Of a stretch of 61,612 nt of DNA, positions 58,448 to 61,612 are shown in pieces. This DNA is from Verrucomicrobiales bacterium (GTDB taxonomy: Bacteria; Verrucomicrobiota; Verrucomicrobiia; Limisphaerales; JAFMIX01): contig JAFMIX010000001.1 in assembly GCA_017853785.1 (NCBI GenBank), forward strand, positions 1 through 61,612. The letters run 5' to 3'. Position 1 is the stretch's first letter, and every line of letters starts with the position of its first letter. The position numbers were made by a program, and so were the translations under genes. The notes beneath the pieces are model-generated. The model worked only from the letters and a program-made list of their open reading frames with translations, searched no databases and was not told where the DNA came from.

Positions 58448-61384
58448 TTATCGGACGATTTCGCCAAGCTGCAACAGATCCTGCGGGAGGGTGACACCAA
58501 CAGTCCGGGCGAGATCGGGGTTGAAGGTATATTTGATTTTTTGCACCAGTTGAAACGGGATGTTTGCCGGCGACTCACCCCGGAGCACGCGCGCGGCGAG
58601 GCTTGCCGAATCAATGCCGCCATCATAGAAATCACGGGACACGGTCATGAACGCGCCAGCCTTGCACTGGCCGGCGGCGAAGCCCATCAGGGGAAGCCGC
58701 GCGCGGCGGGCCGCTTGGGCGATGCTGGCAAAGCTTGCGCCCGAGAGGTTGTCCGAGATCTGGCACACGGCCTCGATGGGGCGGCTGCACAGCGCCAGGG
58801 CGGCGTCAGCAATTTCCCCGCTGTTGCTCACGCCCACCAATTCCACTTCCAGACCGAGCTCCTTGGCGGCCTTTAGTAGCTCGTCCTTGTAATAAACTGA
58901 ATTCACCTCGCCGGGCACGAACAGCGTGCCCACGCGCTTGAGGTTGGGCAGACACCGCTTCATCGCCTGCAGACCTTCCAGATGGGGGGCATTCACATAC
59001 GACCCGGTCACGTTGGGCAAATGATCCTGCTCCGTGCGCCCGGCGCCGGCCACCATCGGGTTGGCCACCAGCGAAAAAATCACCGGCCGCTTGCCGGCCC
59101 GCTGCAGTGCCGACTGCAGTGCCGGCGTGGTGGAGGTGATCAACATTTCTGAGCCGTCCGCCGCGCTGGCATCCATGATGGTGTTCAGCACCGACATGTC
59201 GCCCTGGGCGTTGCGCAGGCGTAGCTCATAGTCGCGGCCCGCCACCAGGCCGGCTTTCGCCAAGCCATCTTTGATGCCCTCGCGGTTGATCTCCACGTTG
59301 GGCGTCTCGAGATATTCCACCAGATCGATCTTGGCCCGCCGCCCCAGCGGCGCCGCCGCAGTGGCGGCGTTGGTCGTGATCGCGGCTTTCTGCTTCGCGG
59401 CTTCGGCCTCCAGTTCCGGCGGAAACGTCAGCCCGTGCTGGCGCGCCGCGTTTTCATCCAGAAAAACCTGCTTCTCCATGACATTTTCGATCGGGATGGC
59501 GGCCGGGCTTTCGCCGAGCAGCACGCGGGCGACCGGTTTGGCGACCGCGTAGCCGGGCTGGTAATATCCGAGCCCCACGCAGGCCACCGGCCCGCGGCCC
59601 GCCGTGGTGGAGTCGCTCGCGAACAGCGGCACCTTGGCGTCGCGCGCCACGCGGATCACCGCGTCCATCGCCTGCGCCACCGTGTTGTCGTCCAGGATGC
59701 AGAACGCGTCCACCCGGCGCGCCGCCAGCGCCTGCGCCGCCTGCACCACCTCGGCCGGCGTGGAGATCGTGACCTCCTCCAGCTTGATGCCGGCTTCGGC
59801 GAAAAGCTTCCGCGCCACGCTCACCACCTTCACCGAGTTGGCCTCCGAATTGTTGAAGATCACGCCGGCGGATTTGATCCCGGGCATGATCTGCCGGACG
59901 GCCTCCAGCAGCGCGCCCACCGGCGGAAAGGAGCCGATGCCCGTCACATTGGGCAGATGATTGGTAAAGCTTGTGCCCGCGCCGGCCGCGATCGGGTCGC
60001 TGCAATACGTGAACACCACCGGCTTGTGCTTCACAAAACCGATCGCCGCGCTGATCACCGGCGTGCTCATCGGCAGCACCAGATCCACATCCGAGGCATC
60101 AAAGTTCTGCAGCATGCCCGGGATGTTGGCGATCTCCGCCTGCGCGTGCATCCGGCGGATCTCCAGGTTTTTGCCCTCCTCAAAACCCAGCGCCCTCAGG
60201 CCGTCCACGATGCCCTGGCGGCACTGGTCGCCGGCGGATTCGGGCGCGAAGTAGGCCAGGCCGAGCTTGTAAACGCGCCCGGGCTGCGGCTTGAGGGCGC
60301 GCGGTGCGGGGGCGGCCTGAAGCATGGGCAGATTGGTGGCGGTGGCGGTGATGAAGCCGTCGGCGGTCTTTTTCAGGTCCGCGGGAATCTCCCAATGATC
60401 CTTGAGGCCGTTCAGGGCGGTTTCATTGTACAGGAAGACGACCGGCACAAAGTTTTCAACGGGCATGTCGGCCGGTTTTTTGCCATCCAGAACATCCGCG
60501 GCGATGCTGCCGGAATGTTTGCCGATCTCGTAATAATTCGCCCCGAGGTCGAACAGGGCGCCGCGGTTGACCGTGGGCGGCATGACGGTAAAGACCGGGA
60601 TGCGGGCGCGGCGGCAGGCTTCCACCACCTGGTCGCGGGCCGTGTTGACGACCATGTCGCCGCTGATCCACATGCATTCGACGCCCCGGGCGATGACGGA
60701 TTTCACCGATTCGATGAGGCTCATGCTATCCTCGGCGTTTCCTTCCACCAACTCGATGCCGAGTTCGCCGCAGATTTTGCGGGCGAGCTTGGTCTGCACC
60801 ATGGAATTGATCTCACCCGCGTTCCAGACGAGCCCGACCGACTTGACGTCCGGGCGCATGCGTTTGAGCGTGCGGAAAGCCTGCTCCACCGGCTGCATGC
60901 AACCCGAGCCCGCGATGTAAGGCGGATGGTCAAGGTGATTGGTCGGATTGATGCCAACCCCGGCGATATAAGGGTCGGTGACCAGGGCGAAGACGTGCGG
61001 GGTTTTCGCCCCGTTTTTGTTGGCGTTGGCGACCGTCTGCAGGGAGAGCGTGCTCAGGGAGATGATGAGATCGAAGCTGCCGGAGGTGACCTCGCGGGCG
61101 ATGGCGTTGGCGGTGCCGATGTCGCCCTCGGCATTATAGCGCCGGATGGCGATGTTTTTGCCGTCCACATATCCTCGGGCGGCCAGCACCTCGAGCGTGC
61201 CCGCCGCGCCCTGATCGAGGACGAGGAGAGAAGCGTGCTGCACCAAGGCGACCCGGACGGGTGATTTGGCCGCCCCCGCCGACCGGGCGCCCTGGCGCGA
61301 TCCCTTGTCGGTGTAAAGCAACACGGCCGCGGCCAGCGCCAGCAGAACAACGCCAAACGAAAGTCGCTTCAGGATTTCAAACAT
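58448..61384 (-). CDS. membrane-anchored protein with three tandem ABC substrate-binding domains (PF04392/COG2984-like)
   Basis: 978 aa with an N-terminal TM anchor (FGVVLLALAAAVLLY). Three internal repeats lie at about aa 43-340, 371-660 and 684-975 (nt 60365-61258, 59405-60274, 58460-59335). Recurring motifs: TDP/SDP/ANPxxAGxG, HLPNVTG, (R/K)VDA/IEAxxxxxDN, G(E/K)xPAxxP(I/V/F). Confidence 0.85.
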   Translation of the reverse strand: MFEILKRLSFGVVLLALAAAVLLYTDKGSRQGARSAGAAKSPVRVALVQHASLLVLDQGAAGTLEVLAARGYVDGKNIAIRRYNAEGDIGTANAIAREVTSGSFDLIISLSTLSLQTVANANKNGAKTPHVFALVTDPYIAGVGINPTNHLDHPPYIAGSGCMQPVEQAFRTLKRMRPDVKSVGLVWNAGEINSMVQTKLARKICGELGIELVEGNAEDSMSLIESVKSVIARGVECMWISGDMVVNTARDQVVEACRRARIPVFTVMPPTVNRGALFDLGANYYEIGKHSGSIAADVLDGKKPADMPVENFVPVVFLYNETALNGLKDHWEIPADLKKTADGFITATATNLPMLQAAPAPRALKPQPGRVYKLGLAYFAPESAGDQCRQGIVDGLRALGFEEGKNLEIRRMHAQAEIANIPGMLQNFDASDVDLVLPMSTPVISAAIGFVKHKPVVFTYCSDPIAAGAGTSFTNHLPNVTGIGSFPPVGALLEAVRQIMPGIKSAGVIFNNSEANSVKVVSVARKLFAEAGIKLEEVTISTPAEVVQAAQALAARRVDAFCILDDNTVAQAMDAVIRVARDAKVPLFASDSTTAGRGPVACVGLGYYQPGYAVAKPVARVLLGESPAAIPIENVMEKQVFLDENAARQHGLTFPPELEAEAAKQKAAITTNAATAAAPLGRRAKIDLVEYLETPNVEINREGIKDGLAKAGLVAGRDYELRLRNAQGDMSVLNTIMDASAADGSEMLITSTTPALQSALQRAGKRPVIFSLVANPMVAGAGRTEQDHLPNVTGSYVNAPHLEGLQAMKRCLPNLKRVGTLFVPGEVNSVYYKDELLKAAKELGLEVELVGVSNSGEIADAALALCSRPIEAVCQISDNLSGASFASIAQAARRARLPLMGFAAGQCKAGAFMTVSRDFYDGGIDSASLAARVLRGESPANIPFQLVQKIKYTFNPDLARTVGVTLPQDLLQLGEIVR

Positions 61385-61430
61385 GGTCGGATGCCTTTTA
61401 AATATTGTGTTTTCCCGTCACGGAGGAGTC

Positions 61431-61612
61431 TCAGGGTTTGACCGGCTTGATTTGCTGCGTGTAACTGACACCGATCAGCGCCCGGCTGATCCGGCTCTGA
61501 TCCAGCAGATGGCGCATGTCGCAAAAATCTCCCTGCTCCACCACGGCTGCGATTTCAGCGGCGAGGCTAGTGGGCTGCGCGTTCCAAGGCAAGGCGGAGA
61601 AAAACACCGCAT
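61431..61612 (-). CDS. 3' end of an unidentified gene (5' end outside window)
   Basis: Open frame ...AVFFSALPWNAQPTSLAAEIAAVVEQGDFCDMRHLLDQSRISRALIGVSYTQQIKPVKP, then TGA (61431-61433), 46 nt upstream of the triple-SBD gene. GC3-rich like its neighbours. No family recognised. Confidence 0.3.
   Translation of the reverse strand, partial: AVFFSALPWNAQPTSLAAEIAAVVEQGDFCDMRHLLDQSRISRALIGVSYTQQIKPVKP

Noticed and set aside
59435-61264. 609-aa plus-strand ORF. Similar shadow ORFs lie at 16812-18200 and 56205-57140.
   Set aside because: They are antisense to the triple-SBD gene, the MFS transporter gene and the ABC permease gene respectively. They are Arg/Gly/Asp-rich with no motifs.

Overview
61.6-kb, G+C-rich, gene-dense chromosomal segment. 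I call about 58 protein-coding genes. I found no rRNA, tRNA, CRISPR array, transposase, integrase or phage genes.

Most of the window is core metabolism:
- a pyrB fragment, trpA, and purK-purE
- gmd/fcl (GDP-fucose synthesis)
- sufD-sufU-sufT-sufS
- nadD, sdhCAB, folC, pyrG, kdsB
- a fragmented argC-argJ-argB-argD-argF cluster
- surA-pdxA

Several things point to a PVC-type (Verrucomicrobiota-like) organism, though this is inference only: two secreted DUF1080 domains, Tat-signal Gfo/Idh/MocA oxidoreductases, ThuA, and several families of intergenic hairpin repeats.

The best candidate for an undescribed system is the minus-strand operon at 55394-61384. It is a COG2984/PF04392-type ABC importer with two unusual parts. 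Its binding protein is a 978-aa membrane-anchored fusion of three tandem substrate-binding domains. It also carries an extra 425-aa protein made of an N-terminal STAS domain and about 300 aa that I cannot assign. Just downstream on the same strand, a secreted cupredoxin-like protein with an apparently degenerate copper site is translationally coupled (ATGA overlap) to a hybrid sensor kinase.

Other observations worth a second look:
- a purK-purE-sbtA-sbtB operon linking a bicarbonate transporter to the bicarbonate-consuming purine step
- a translationally coupled pair of a Ddl-like ATP-grasp ligase and an HExxH metallopeptidase
- a CstA transporter with a YbdD/YjiX-like tail ending in RRCC
- a periplasmic 3-keto-glycoside-type sugar island splitting the arg cluster
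- in-frame 7-bp tandem repeats inside folC and argJ

All family assignments come from reading the translations by eye. No database search was run.
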